Assembly: GCA_035762545.1 (NCBI GenBank)
Contig: DASTOM010000031.1
Span: forward strand, 4,125-68,124
Direction: 5' to 3'
DNA length: 64,000 nucleotides
Source of the DNA: Acidimicrobiia bacterium
GTDB lineage: Bacteria; Actinomycetota; Acidimicrobiia; Spongiisociales; ZC4RG35
The notes beneath the pieces are model-generated. The model had not been told where the DNA came from. It ran no database searches and saw only the letters and a program-made list of their open reading frames with translations. Of this stretch, positions 55,024 to 64,000 are shown piece by piece; position 1 is the first letter of the stretch, and each line of letters opens with the position of its first letter. Made by a program: the position numbers and the translations under genes.

Positions 55024-56378
55024 GGCCGTGCTCCCAGAAGCGGCGCCAACTCGCCGTGGAGCAGGGTGATGTCCCCCGCCCCCAGGCTCAGCACCAAGTC
55101 GCCGGATTCGAGGAGCGGCTCGATGAAGTTGGCCACGTCGTAACGATGTGGCACATAGTGGACCGTGCCACCGGCCGCCCGTACTGCATCTGCGACGAGT
55201 TCCCCCGTCACCCCGGGCACCGGCGCTTCCCGTGCCCCGAAGACATCCGTGACCACCGCCACGTCGGCCCGGGCCAGTGCGGCCCCAAACTCTGTCGAGA
55301 AGCGCTCGGTGCGTGAGTAGAGATGTGGCTGGAACACGGCCCAGATCCGGCCCGGCGTCGATCCCGACGCCGCATCCAGAACCGCCGCGACCTCCGTTGG
55401 ATGGTGGGCGTAGTCGTCGATCAGGATCACTCCCGACACGGTGCCCTTGTGGTCCCAGCGCCTACCGACACCGCGGTAGCCGGCGATAGCCTCGGCAGTC
55501 TCTCCCAGATCACGGCCGAGGTCGACGAGCAGTGCGATCGCACCGCTGGCGTTGAGGGCGATATGCCGTCCCGGCTGTCCCAGGTTGACCCGGACCGATC
55601 CCGGTCCTCCGGTGAGGGTGAAGTCGGTGTGGCCATCGCGGATCACGTGGTCGGTTATCACCCAGTCGGCGGAGGGGTCGAAGCCGTACGTCGTCGCACC
55701 CACGGCCTCCCCGACCCGTCGCGATCCCGGATCGTCGGCGCAGACTACGACGGGCCCGGCGACAGCGGAGGCGACACCGCTGAAACTGGCTTCGAGCTCG
55801 GCTGCGTCACCGAAATGGTCGACGTGCTCGTGTTCGACGTTGGTGACGACCAGACCGGCGAGGTCGAGACTCTCGAATGTGCGAAAGGCCTCATCGGCCT
55901 CGAGAACGAGCAGATCGTCGGTTCCGTAGTGGCCATTCGTGCCCAGATCGACCAGGTCGCCTCCGACGATGAAGGAGGGGTCCTCTCCCATGCGACGCAA
56001 GGCCGTGACCAGCATCGCGGTCGTCGTCGTCTTCCCGTGAGTCCCGGTGGCGCCGATGGTGGGGACCCCTCCGGTGATGGCGGCGAGCAACTCGGGGCGG
56101 CGCCAGACCGGTAGACCCCGGTTGCGCGCCTCCGTCAACTCCTCGTCGTAATCGGGAACCGCCGAGGAAGCCACGACCAGGCCCGCACCTACGACTTTCT
56201 CGGGATGGTGGCCTATTGCGACGTCGACGTCGAGGTCGGCGAGCGCCTGAACCGCCGCTCCCCATCTGAGGTCGGTACCAGACACCTCGTGGCCGCTGGC
56301 GACGAGGAGCTTGGCGATGGCGCTCATGCCCGCACCGCCGATCCCAACGATGTGGACACGACCCTCTGGGAGACTCAT
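55020..56378 (-). CDS. murC: UDP-N-acetylmuramate--L-alanine ligase
   Basis: N-terminal Rossmann motif VHIVGIGGAGMSAIAKLL and ATP site ..TGTHGKTTTTAML... Confidence 0.9.
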   Translation of the reverse strand: MSLPEGRVHIVGIGGAGMSAIAKLLVASGHEVSGTDLRWGAAVQALADLDVDVAIGHHPEKVVGAGLVVASSAVPDYDEELTEARNRGLPVWRRPELLAAITGGVPTIGATGTHGKTTTTAMLVTALRRMGEDPSFIVGGDLVDLGTNGHYGTDDLLVLEADEAFRTFESLDLAGLVVTNVEHEHVDHFGDAAELEASFSGVASAVAGPVVVCADDPGSRRVGEAVGATTYGFDPSADWVITDHVIRDGHTDFTLTGGPGSVRVNLGQPGRHIALNASGAIALLVDLGRDLGETAEAIAGYRGVGRRWDHKGTVSGVILIDDYAHHPTEVAAVLDAASGSTPGRIWAVFQPHLYSRTERFSTEFGAALARADVAVVTDVFGAREAPVPGVTGELVADAVRAAGGTVHYVPHRYDVANFIEPLLESGDLVLSLGAGDITLLHGELAPLLGARP

Positions 56379-57454
56379 CTCGCCGCCTCGATCATCACGT
56401 TGGCGATGGTAAGAGCGGCCTCGGGTTTGGCGAGCGCGGCGGTGGCGGATGCCATGGTGGCGAGACGGTCCTCGTCTGCGATCAGACCCTCGAGAAAGCC
56501 GCCGAGCCTGGCGAGATCGGCTTGTGCCACCACTTCAGCTGCGCCGATCCTGACCAGAGCCGTGGCGTTCTCCGTTTGGTGCCCACCCGATCCGAAGTCA
56601 CCGGGTACCAGGATCGAAGGGGTGGCCGTAGCGGTCAACTCGGCCACAGCCCCACCGGCACGTGCCACCACGAGGTCGGATGCGGCGTAGAACAGCTCCA
56701 TCCGGTCTTCGAACCCTCGACGGACCCACCTGACGCTCGGATGGGCATCCCGACTGTCCATCTCGTCGAGATGGGCCGCTCCCGTGAGATGGACGACGTT
56801 GACCTCGGGGCCGCTCCAAGTGCTCAGACAATCGGCTATCGCCTCATTTATGGCACCAGCGCCGAGCGAGCCGCCGAAGACTCCGACGGTCCTCCGGTCG
56901 GGGTCGAGGCCAAAGTGGTCGTGGGCCGTGGGTGAGAGCCCGGCTCGGTCGAAGGTCCAGAAGGCCTCCCGCACCGGGTTCCCGGTCCACTCGGCTCCCG
57001 GCAGACCTCTCGTCTCGGGGAAGGACGTGAAGGTGCGTCGCGCCCACCGAGCCGCGATGCGGTTGGCCAGCCCGGCTCCGGCGTTCTGTTCGGCGTTGAA
57101 GAGTGGCACCCGGTTGCGTCGTGCTGCGAGACCGGCCGGCACGGTGACGTATCCGCCCATGCCGAGGACGACTCTGACCTTGCGGTCCTCGATCTCGGAG
57201 GAGATTGCGTTTCGGGCGCGCGCCACGACTCCGGGGATGCGGGCGTTCTGGAGGGTCAGTGATCGTTTCAGACCGGCCAGCTCGACACTGAAGAAGTGAA
57301 AGCCGTGATCCGGGTACACCTCGGCCTCGAGTCGGTCCCCCCCGACGTACATCACGTCTTCCTGGGCGACACCGAGTTCGAGCAGGGCCTCACCGACTGC
57401 GAGCCCGGGAAACACGTGACCCCCCGTCCCCGCGGCCGCGATCAGGTAGGTCAT
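56375..57454 (-). CDS. murG: UDP-GlcNAc:lipid I GlcNAc transferase (MurG)
   Basis: ..AAGTGGHVFPGLAV.. N-terminus, GT28 fold, start at the internal ATG (MTYLIAAAG). Confidence 0.9.
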   Translation of the reverse strand: MTYLIAAAGTGGHVFPGLAVGEALLELGVAQEDVMYVGGDRLEAEVYPDHGFHFFSVELAGLKRSLTLQNARIPGVVARARNAISSEIEDRKVRVVLGMGGYVTVPAGLAARRNRVPLFNAEQNAGAGLANRIAARWARRTFTSFPETRGLPGAEWTGNPVREAFWTFDRAGLSPTAHDHFGLDPDRRTVGVFGGSLGAGAINEAIADCLSTWSGPEVNVVHLTGAAHLDEMDSRDAHPSVRWVRRGFEDRMELFYAASDLVVARAGGAVAELTATATPSILVPGDFGSGGHQTENATALVRIGAAEVVAQADLARLGGFLEGLIADEDRLATMASATAALAKPEAALTIANVMIEAAR

Positions 57455-57464
57455 CCATCGCCCC

Positions 57465-58673
57465 TCACCCGGAGCTTCCGGATTGAGTGGCGACCGGTTT
57501 GGCCGGGGCGGGCCCTCTTCCGTTCTGGGCGATATTGACCAGGATGCCGATGGCACCCATGGACACCGCGAGCGCGGTCGACCCGTAGGAGACGAATGGC
57601 AGGGCGATGCCGGTGATGGGGAGGACGCCGAGAACCCCGCCGATGTTCACGAGGGCCTGGAACGACAGCCAGACCGTGATCCCGGAAGCCACCATCCGGC
57701 CGAATCGATCCGGGGCCCTCACCGCCACGACCCAACCAGCGGCGGCGAGTGCGATGAACAGTGCGATGACCGTGAGGCCACCGACGAGACCGGTCTCCTC
57801 ACCGATGATGGCGAAGATGAAGTCGGTGTGCGCGTTGGGCAGATAGAACCACCGTGCTCGTGAAGCACCGAGCCCAACGCCGAACACCCCACCGTTCCCC
57901 AACGCGTAGTAGCCCTGGATCACCTGATAACCGTCACCGGACGGGTCGGCGTACGGGTCGAGGAACGAATCGATCCGGCTGGCTCGATAGTCGGCCTCGA
58001 ACGCCAGATACGTCGTGGCCAGAACGGCCAACAGCCCGAGGACGAGGACGAATTTCATCGGGACGTCGGAAGCCACGATCACGGCGAGGGCCGCAGCTCC
58101 GATGATGATCAGCGTGCCGAGATCCGGCTGGCGAATGACGAGGACGCCCACGACCCCGAGCGTCGCTGCCACCGGGACGATGAAATGGGCGAAGCTGGTG
58201 AGCAGCTTCGCCTTCTTCTCGAGGAGGTAGGCCAGGACGAACACCACCGACACCTTGGCCAGCTCGGAAGGCTGGAACGACGTCAGTCCAGGGAGACTCA
58301 GCCATCTCGTGGCTCCCCCCTCGGTGATTCCTCTCACTTCCACCGCGATCAGCAGACCCACCGTGGCCAGGAAAGCGGGGAACGCCAGTCGTCGGTAGAT
58401 CCTGTAGGGGACCCGGGAGGCGACCAGCAGTGCCAACGTCCCCAGGCCGACGCCCACCAGCTGACGTTTCAGGAACCGCCACTGATCCTGGGATTCCGTC
58501 TGGTTGAGAGCGTATGCCGACGAGGCGGACATGGTCACACCCAGACCCACCACGACCAGGACCACGACCAGGACGAGAAGGGTCGTTGTGGCGCGATCAT
58601 TCACCTTCTGACGGGCCAGTTTGTCGCGCGCCGCGGCGCGGACCTTGGCCAGTGAAGTGACGTTGGCGGTCAT
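57465..58673 (-). CDS. ftsW: SEDS-family peptidoglycan polymerase FtsW
   Basis: 10 TM helices and conserved SEDS motifs (..PSELAK.., ..DFIFAIIGEE..). Confidence 0.9.
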   Translation of the reverse strand: MTANVTSLAKVRAAARDKLARQKVNDRATTTLLVLVVVLVVVGLGVTMSASSAYALNQTESQDQWRFLKRQLVGVGLGTLALLVASRVPYRIYRRLAFPAFLATVGLLIAVEVRGITEGGATRWLSLPGLTSFQPSELAKVSVVFVLAYLLEKKAKLLTSFAHFIVPVAATLGVVGVLVIRQPDLGTLIIIGAAALAVIVASDVPMKFVLVLGLLAVLATTYLAFEADYRASRIDSFLDPYADPSGDGYQVIQGYYALGNGGVFGVGLGASRARWFYLPNAHTDFIFAIIGEETGLVGGLTVIALFIALAAAGWVVAVRAPDRFGRMVASGITVWLSFQALVNIGGVLGVLPITGIALPFVSYGSTALAVSMGAIGILVNIAQNGRGPAPAKPVATQSGSSG

Positions 58674-59965
58674 TCCCTGTCAGCTCCCAGTCTCTCGTGA
58701 ACCAGCTCGGCGAAACGGTCTCCGCGAGCCCCGTACGAGGTGAACTGATCGAAGCTGGCACACGCCGGGGCGAGGAGCACGGTGTCACCGGGCACGGCGA
58801 GACCTGCGGCGACCTCGACGGCGATCTCCATGGTGCCGGCCAGACGACCTCTCTCCCCGGCCGCCTCGACCAGGACCGGGCCGGCCTCCCCGATACCGAT
58901 GACCATCTTCACGTTGCTCTCGTCGGTGACCGGGCTGAGGTCGATGCCCTTGGCCAGACCCCCTGCGATCAGGATCACGGGGCCGTGCGATCTGATCGAT
59001 GCAACGGCGGCGTGCGGGTTGGTCGCCTTGGAGTCGTCCACCCAGGAGACTCCACCGCGTTCGGCGATCAACTGACGACGATGAGCGCCCGGTTGAAAGT
59101 GGATCGCACCGGAGGCGACACCTTCTGCGCTGGCGCCCATCCTTCGAGCCAGAGCAGCGGCGCAGGACAGATTGACGAGGTGGATCGGATCACGAGACAC
59201 GAGCTCGCCTGCGTCGATCGCCACGTCGCCAATGACGAGGTTGCGTCCGTCGTAGCCACCACCGCCCTCGGGAATGCGATGGCCCGAGACCGGGAACAGC
59301 TCGGATGTCGCCGTCTCGGCCAACCGTGACGCGCCTTCGTCGTCGGCGTCGTAGACGAGGAGGTCGCTGGAGGTCTGGTTGGCGAAGATCTTCGCCTTGG
59401 CCGCGGCATAGGCATAGGCGGATCCGTGCCAATCGAGATGGTCGACGGCGACGTTCGTTATGGCTGCCGCCTCGGGGTGGAACTCCTCGGTGAACCGGAG
59501 CTGGAAGCTGGACACCTCGACGACGAGGGCGTCGTAGTGGTCGGTCGTGAAATCGGACAGAGGCGCACCGATGTTGCCGGTGGCGGGTGCATCGAGACCG
59601 CTGGCATCGAGCATGGCCGCCGTCGCCTCGGTGACGCTCGTCTTGCCGTTGGTACCAGTGACGGCGGCGATGGGGCTCTTCACGTGGCGGTAGGCGAATT
59701 CGATCTCACTGCAGATCGGGATACCTGATTCGAGGACCTCGACGACCGGGTGGGAGCGCTCGGGGAACCCGGGACTGGCGATCACGAGATCGACGCCGTG
59801 GAGGAGGATCGGGTCCCACGACCCGGAGGCGACGCCGACCCCGGGCTCGACCGGTGCCGACACGAGACTCTCGTCGTAGACCGTGACGGTCATGCCCAAC
59901 TGAAGGGCGAGCCTGGCGGCGGAACGGCCCGACACACCGGCTCCGAGGATGAGAGCACGGGTCAC
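58670..59965 (-). CDS. murD: UDP-N-acetylmuramoylalanine--D-glutamate ligase
   Basis: ..ILGAGVSGRSAARL.. N-terminus and ..VTGTNGKTSVT.. P-loop. GTG start overlaps the mraY stop (GTGA); the upstream 113 codons of the ORF are rejected as antisense-like. Confidence 0.85.
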   Translation of the reverse strand: MTRALILGAGVSGRSAARLALQLGMTVTVYDESLVSAPVEPGVGVASGSWDPILLHGVDLVIASPGFPERSHPVVEVLESGIPICSEIEFAYRHVKSPIAAVTGTNGKTSVTEATAAMLDASGLDAPATGNIGAPLSDFTTDHYDALVVEVSSFQLRFTEEFHPEAAAITNVAVDHLDWHGSAYAYAAAKAKIFANQTSSDLLVYDADDEGASRLAETATSELFPVSGHRIPEGGGGYDGRNLVIGDVAIDAGELVSRDPIHLVNLSCAAALARRMGASAEGVASGAIHFQPGAHRRQLIAERGGVSWVDDSKATNPHAAVASIRSHGPVILIAGGLAKGIDLSPVTDESNVKMVIGIGEAGPVLVEAAGERGRLAGTMEIAVEVAAGLAVPGDTVLLAPACASFDQFTSYGARGDRFAELVHERLGADRE

Positions 59966-61038
59966 AGGATCCCCTCCAGCATCAGGAAGTCGCCGTAGAA
60001 GAATCCGAGGCCCAGGGCCACACCGATGCCGGTGAGGATCCAGAACCGGATGACGACAGTCGTCTCCGGCCAGCCTCCGAGGTCGAAGTGGAAGTGCAGC
60101 GGGGACATTCGGAGGACCCGCTTGCCCGTGAGCTTGAAACTGGCCACCTGGGCGATGACCGAGACGGTCTCGGCCACGAAGATGGCGCCGATCAGGGCCA
60201 GCAGCAGTTGGGTGTTGCTCAAGAGGGCGAGAGCGGCGAGCAGGCCGCCGATCCCCTGGCTCCCCACGTCGCCCATGAAGATCTTGGCAGGCGGTGCGTT
60301 CCACCAGAGAAAGCCGAGGAGTGCCCCGAACATCGCAGCCGAGATCATCGCCAGCTCCAGTGGTGACAGCGCTTCGTAAATGGCATCGGGTCGGAAGGCG
60401 TCGGAGTTCCTGTACTGCCAGAAGGCGATGATCGTGTAAGCGCCGACCACGAGCGCCGAGGACCCGGCGGCGAGGCCGTCCATCCCGTCGGCCAGGTTCA
60501 CACCGTTGGCCGCCCCGGTCAGCATGAGCAGCACCCAGACCACGAAGAAGGGGCCGAGGTCCCAGGACTCACCGAGCGGTCGGACGAAGGAGATCTCGGT
60601 GATGATCCCCTCCTTGGTGGCGAAGAATGCAAAGAGGGCGGCGATCCCGATCTGGCCGCCGAACTTGGCGGTCTTGGACAGCCCGAGACTTCGCTGGCGG
60701 GAGTACTTGATCCAGTCGTCGAGGAGCCCGACCACCGCCATGCCCACCAGGGCGAGAACGGCGAGCCAGCCTCCAGGGCCGAACGGTCGGAAGCTGACGC
60801 TGAACCCCGCCTCCGGTGTCCACACCTGGACATGGGCGAGTAGCCAACCGATGACGGCAGCGCTCACGAAGACGATCCCTCCCATCGTGGGGGTTCCCTG
60901 CTTGTGGGCGTGCTGCCCCTGGATGTCCTCCTGGATGAACTGGCCGATCTCGCGACGACGCAGGATCCGGATGGCGTGGGGCGTGCCGAAGATCGACAGG
61001 AGCAGACCGAGGGCCGCGGCGATCAGAAGGGCGATCAC
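59962..61038 (-). CDS. mraY: Phospho-N-acetylmuramoyl-pentapeptide transferase
   Basis: 10 TM helices and conserved DD..D, ..NGVNLADGMDGLA.. and ..HHFHF.. motifs. Confidence 0.92.
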   Translation of the reverse strand: MIALLIAAALGLLLSIFGTPHAIRILRRREIGQFIQEDIQGQHAHKQGTPTMGGIVFVSAAVIGWLLAHVQVWTPEAGFSVSFRPFGPGGWLAVLALVGMAVVGLLDDWIKYSRQRSLGLSKTAKFGGQIGIAALFAFFATKEGIITEISFVRPLGESWDLGPFFVVWVLLMLTGAANGVNLADGMDGLAAGSSALVVGAYTIIAFWQYRNSDAFRPDAIYEALSPLELAMISAAMFGALLGFLWWNAPPAKIFMGDVGSQGIGGLLAALALLSNTQLLLALIGAIFVAETVSVIAQVASFKLTGKRVLRMSPLHFHFDLGGWPETTVVIRFWILTGIGVALGLGFFYGDFLMLEGIL

Positions 61039-62525
61039 GACGTAATGCTCCCCGATTCGGGGTTGGATTCAGTGGAACTACGTCGCTGGTGGAGGACGGT
61101 CGCCGCAACATCCCGATCATCGAAGGCAAGCCGCTCAGACCCGATCTGTTGATAGGGCTCGTGCCCTTTTCCGAGGATGAGCACGACATCACCGTCCTCG
61201 GCGGCGTCGATGGCGATCTCGATGGCGGTGCGGCGGTCGACCTCGACGATGGTGTTCGAGCCGTCCGGAATCCCGGCGACGACGCTGGCGATGATCGCGG
61301 AGGGGTCTTCGGTGCGTGGGTTGTCACTGGTGACGATGGCCAGATCCGCAGTAGAGAGTGCCCCGCCCATAGCCGGCCGTTTGGCCCGATCGCGATCTCC
61401 GCCGGCCCCGAGAAGGGCGATGACCCGTCGTCCCGTGAGCTGGCGACCCGCGTTGACCGCCCGGGCCACCGCCTCTGGTGTGTGGGCGTAGTCGACGACG
61501 ACCGTGATCGGATCGTCACCGGAGACCACCTCGAAGCGGCCCGGCACACCCCTTAGCCCCGGGACAGCCTCGGCGATGTCGCTGAAGGCGATCCCCGCCC
61601 CGAGACAGCACGCCACCGCCATGGCCAGGTTGGAGAGGTTGAACTCGCCGACGATCGGGACCGCCACGTCCATCCCGCCATCCGGCGTCTCGATGTGCAG
61701 GCGGGTACCGCCTCGCTCCGAGGCGACGTTGTGAATCGAGACACTTCCTCCCGGGCCGACCGTGAGGGCACGACCCTCGTAGTCGGCTGCCAATCCGGCA
61801 CCTACGGGATCGTCGATGTTGAAGACGGCGGTCCCGACCTCGTACTCGGAGAACAGGCGCTCCTTGGCCCGGCGGTAGGACTCCATGTCGCCGTGGAAGT
61901 CGAGATGGTCCTGGGAGAGGTTGGTGAAGGCGGCCACATCGAAGCGGGTGGCCCGGACCCGACCCAGCTCGAGGGCATGGGACGAGACCTCGGCAGCGAC
62001 GATCGACACGCCGGCATCCCGCATCGTGGCGAGCAGGCGTTGGAACTCGGGAGCCTCGGGAGTGGTCATGGTCGCCTCGAGCGTGACCCCGGCGTAGCGG
62101 GTGTGAATCGTGCCGACGAGACCTGTGACCTTCCCGGCGTGCTGGGCGATCGACTCGATGAAGTGGGTGACGGTCGTCTTGCCGTTGGTGCCGGTGACAC
62201 CGATGACCTTCAATGAGTGCGACGGATCGTCGTAGATCGACGCGGCAAGGTCGCCCATCACCGAGCGCGGGTCCTCTACCACCAGCTGCGAAGCTCTCAC
62301 GGCTGTGGCATGGTCGACACACACTGCGACGGCCCCGGATCGGACCGCCTGGTCCAGGTACTCGTGTCCGTCGAAGTTGGCGCCTCTGAGGGCGACATAG
62401 AGGTCTCCCGCCGACACGGAACGGGAGTCGTGCGTGATGCCCTCGACCACAACACTCGGGTCGCCGATCACCTCTCCGGCCACCAGCGCGCCGAGAGAGT
62501 CCAATGTCTTACCGCTCTCGACCAT
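61035..62525 (-). CDS. murE: UDP-MurNAc-tripeptide synthetase, meso-DAP-adding (MurE)
   Basis: ..VIGVTGTNGKTT.., the DYAHTP motif (VVVDYAHTPEAV) and the DNPR motif (TSDNPRTED) that marks meso-DAP specificity in MurE. MurF lacks both. Confidence 0.85.
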   Translation of the reverse strand: MVESGKTLDSLGALVAGEVIGDPSVVVEGITHDSRSVSAGDLYVALRGANFDGHEYLDQAVRSGAVAVCVDHATAVRASQLVVEDPRSVMGDLAASIYDDPSHSLKVIGVTGTNGKTTVTHFIESIAQHAGKVTGLVGTIHTRYAGVTLEATMTTPEAPEFQRLLATMRDAGVSIVAAEVSSHALELGRVRATRFDVAAFTNLSQDHLDFHGDMESYRRAKERLFSEYEVGTAVFNIDDPVGAGLAADYEGRALTVGPGGSVSIHNVASERGGTRLHIETPDGGMDVAVPIVGEFNLSNLAMAVACCLGAGIAFSDIAEAVPGLRGVPGRFEVVSGDDPITVVVDYAHTPEAVARAVNAGRQLTGRRVIALLGAGGDRDRAKRPAMGGALSTADLAIVTSDNPRTEDPSAIIASVVAGIPDGSNTIVEVDRRTAIEIAIDAAEDGDVVLILGKGHEPYQQIGSERLAFDDRDVAATVLHQRRSSTESNPESGSITS

Positions 62526-64000
62526 CGGGGCTCACTCCGAGCCGGTGGAGAGCTTGCTCCATGATCTCGGAAAACACCGGTGCGGCGGCGAGGCCACCCG
62601 TACGGAATTCGTAGTCCGGTGAGTCGATCATCACTGCGACGACGACTTCCGGATCGTCGATCGGAGCCATGCCCACGAAAGAGGCCCTGGTCTCGTCTGT
62701 GTACCTGTTGTCCGCCCCCAACTTGTTGGCGGTTCCGGTCTTTCCCCCCACCCGATAGCCGTCCACCGCCGCGTTGGTCCCGGTGCCTTCTTCGATGACT
62801 CCGGCCAACAGCTCTCTCATGATCAGGGCCGTGCCCGGGCTCACCACCTTGCGGGTCTCGATGCCGGCTACCTCGGTGTCACCCTCGGCATCGACCTGGC
62901 TCTTGACGATATGGGGTGTGGTCCAGATCCCGTCGTTGCCGATCGCGGCATAGGCGGCCGCCATCTGGAGCGGTGTCGCCGCCACCGAGTAGCCGATGGC
63001 TGCGGAGGCGAGACAGGTCTGGCAACCGGCGTCGAAGCGGAGGATTCCCGACGCCTCGGCCGAGTAGTCCACACCGGTCGCCGAACCGAGACCGAAGGAC
63101 TCGATGTAGTCGACCATCCGATCCTCACCGAGTTTCTCCGCTACCCGGATGGTCCCCACGTTCGATGAGGCGGTGAAGATCTCGGCGACCGTCATGTCCT
63201 CGGTGTCGTGCTCGTCGAAGTCCCGGTAGCAGCCGTGGACGTCGTCCTCACCTGAGTCACATGCACCTTCCAACAACTCGTATTCATCGGCCACACCATC
63301 GATGAGAGTTCCCACCTTCACGGTGCCCTCCTCGAGGGCGGCGGCGAATGTGATCATCTTCTGGGTGGACCCGGGCTCGTAGATCCCGCGCACCACGAAG
63401 TTGGAGAATTGGAGACAGGTCGCCGGGTCTTCACCTTCGGCGCACGCCGGGTCGACCGTCTGGCGTGTCACCGGATCGAAGACAGGGGCGCCCACCATCG
63501 CCAGGATCTCCCCTGTCTCCACGGAAAGGACAACGGCCCAGCACGACTCACCACCGGTCCTGTCGAGGGCGGCCACACAGGACTCCTGGGCCTGATACTG
63601 GAGAGGGAGGTCGATGGTGGTCACCAGATCCAGCCCCGGGATCGCAGGCACGATGTTGGTGTAACCCTGAGGGATGACACGTCCGGCCAGGTCGCGCTCG
63701 TACTCTGCGTGGCCCGGGGTGCCTCGAAGCTGCTCGTCGTAGACGAGTTCGAGGCCTTCCTGGCCGTCTCCGTCGATGTTGACGAATCCGGTCACGTGAG
63801 CGGCCACCTCGCCGGCCGGGTAGACCCTCGTCGGCTCGGGATGGGCGAACACGCCTTTCATGCCCAGGTCGAGGATCTGTTGGGCGGTGACCCCGTCGAC
63901 CTGCCGCTTGATGTAGACGAAGTCCCGATCACCGACCAGCCTCTCGTGGAGAGCATTGGAGTCGACGCCGAGCAGCCCACCGATCTGCTGCGCCACCCAC
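62509..64000 (-). CDS. ftsI: Penicillin-binding protein / FtsI-like transpeptidase, 3' part; N-terminal portion lies beyond the window
   Basis: Transpeptidase motifs SxN (..TASSNVGT..), KTG (GGKTGTANK) and PBP dimerisation-domain sequence upstream. The ORF is open to the window edge. Confidence 0.8.
   Translation of the reverse strand, partial: WVAQQIGGLLGVDSNALHERLVGDRDFVYIKRQVDGVTAQQILDLGMKGVFAHPEPTRVYPAGEVAAHVTGFVNIDGDGQEGLELVYDEQLRGTPGHAEYERDLAGRVIPQGYTNIVPAIPGLDLVTTIDLPLQYQAQESCVAALDRTGGESCWAVVLSVETGEILAMVGAPVFDPVTRQTVDPACAEGEDPATCLQFSNFVVRGIYEPGSTQKMITFAAALEEGTVKVGTLIDGVADEYELLEGACDSGEDDVHGCYRDFDEHDTEDMTVAEIFTASSNVGTIRVAEKLGEDRMVDYIESFGLGSATGVDYSAEASGILRFDAGCQTCLASAAIGYSVAATPLQMAAAYAAIGNDGIWTTPHIVKSQVDAEGDTEVAGIETRKVVSPGTALIMRELLAGVIEEGTGTNAAVDGYRVGGKTGTANKLGADNRYTDETRASFVGMAPIDDPEVVVAVMIDSPDYEFRTGGLAAAPVFSEIMEQALHRLGVSPDGRER

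Noticed and set aside
59966-60304. First roughly 113 codons of the murD ORF
   Set aside because: They overlap mraY and are Arg/Pro/Gly-rich reverse-frame-like sequence. A GTG at 59965 gives a canonical MurD N-terminus overlapping the mraY stop.

Overview
High-GC (about 65-70%) actinobacterial chromosomal segment, mostly conserved housekeeping genes on the minus strand.

Left part, by coordinate:
- A partial uvrB and coaE sit at 1-1743. In actinobacteria these normally lie directly next to rpsA and polA, which here are at 12.5-16.8 kb.
- Between coaE and rpsA is a roughly 10.5 kb accessory Tad/Flp pilus locus. It has a HisKA_3 sensor kinase with a LuxR-type regulator, two tandem Flp prepilins, a large polytopic membrane protein, tadC, a TadB fused to an extracellular vWA domain, cpaF/tadA, tadZ/cpaE and cpaB.
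- Downstream are a partner-switching module (STAS protein plus a MASE1-like/PP2C/anti-sigma-kinase fusion), a tRNA-Leu(CAA) flanked by degenerate ORF remnants, and an operon of RHH-domain protein, DUF4097 protein and ABC-2 exporter whose promoter carries several TGGCAC palindromes.
- Further genes are an amidohydrolase, an OmpR-type two-component system with ygfZ and ccdA, a serine hydrolase, MFS/MATE/EamA transporters, nth, thyA-folA, a pair of ArsA/Get3-like ATPases, a HAD-IB hydrolase, dnaE1, a rhomboid protease, rluD, lspA, a DksA/TraR-family protein, ileS and a GtrA-like protein.

Right part: a complete division/cell-wall (dcw) cluster of divIVA-yggT-sepF-yggS-yfiH-ftsZ-ftsQ-murB-murC-murG-ftsW-murD-mraY-murE and a partial ftsI. 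It has no ftsA, no ddl and no murF between murE and mraY.

Most worth following up are the vWA-TadB fusion and the unexplained membrane protein in the Tad locus, the TGGCAC operator cluster, and several intergenic palindromes and direct repeats. No CRISPR array, rRNA or intact mobile element was seen.
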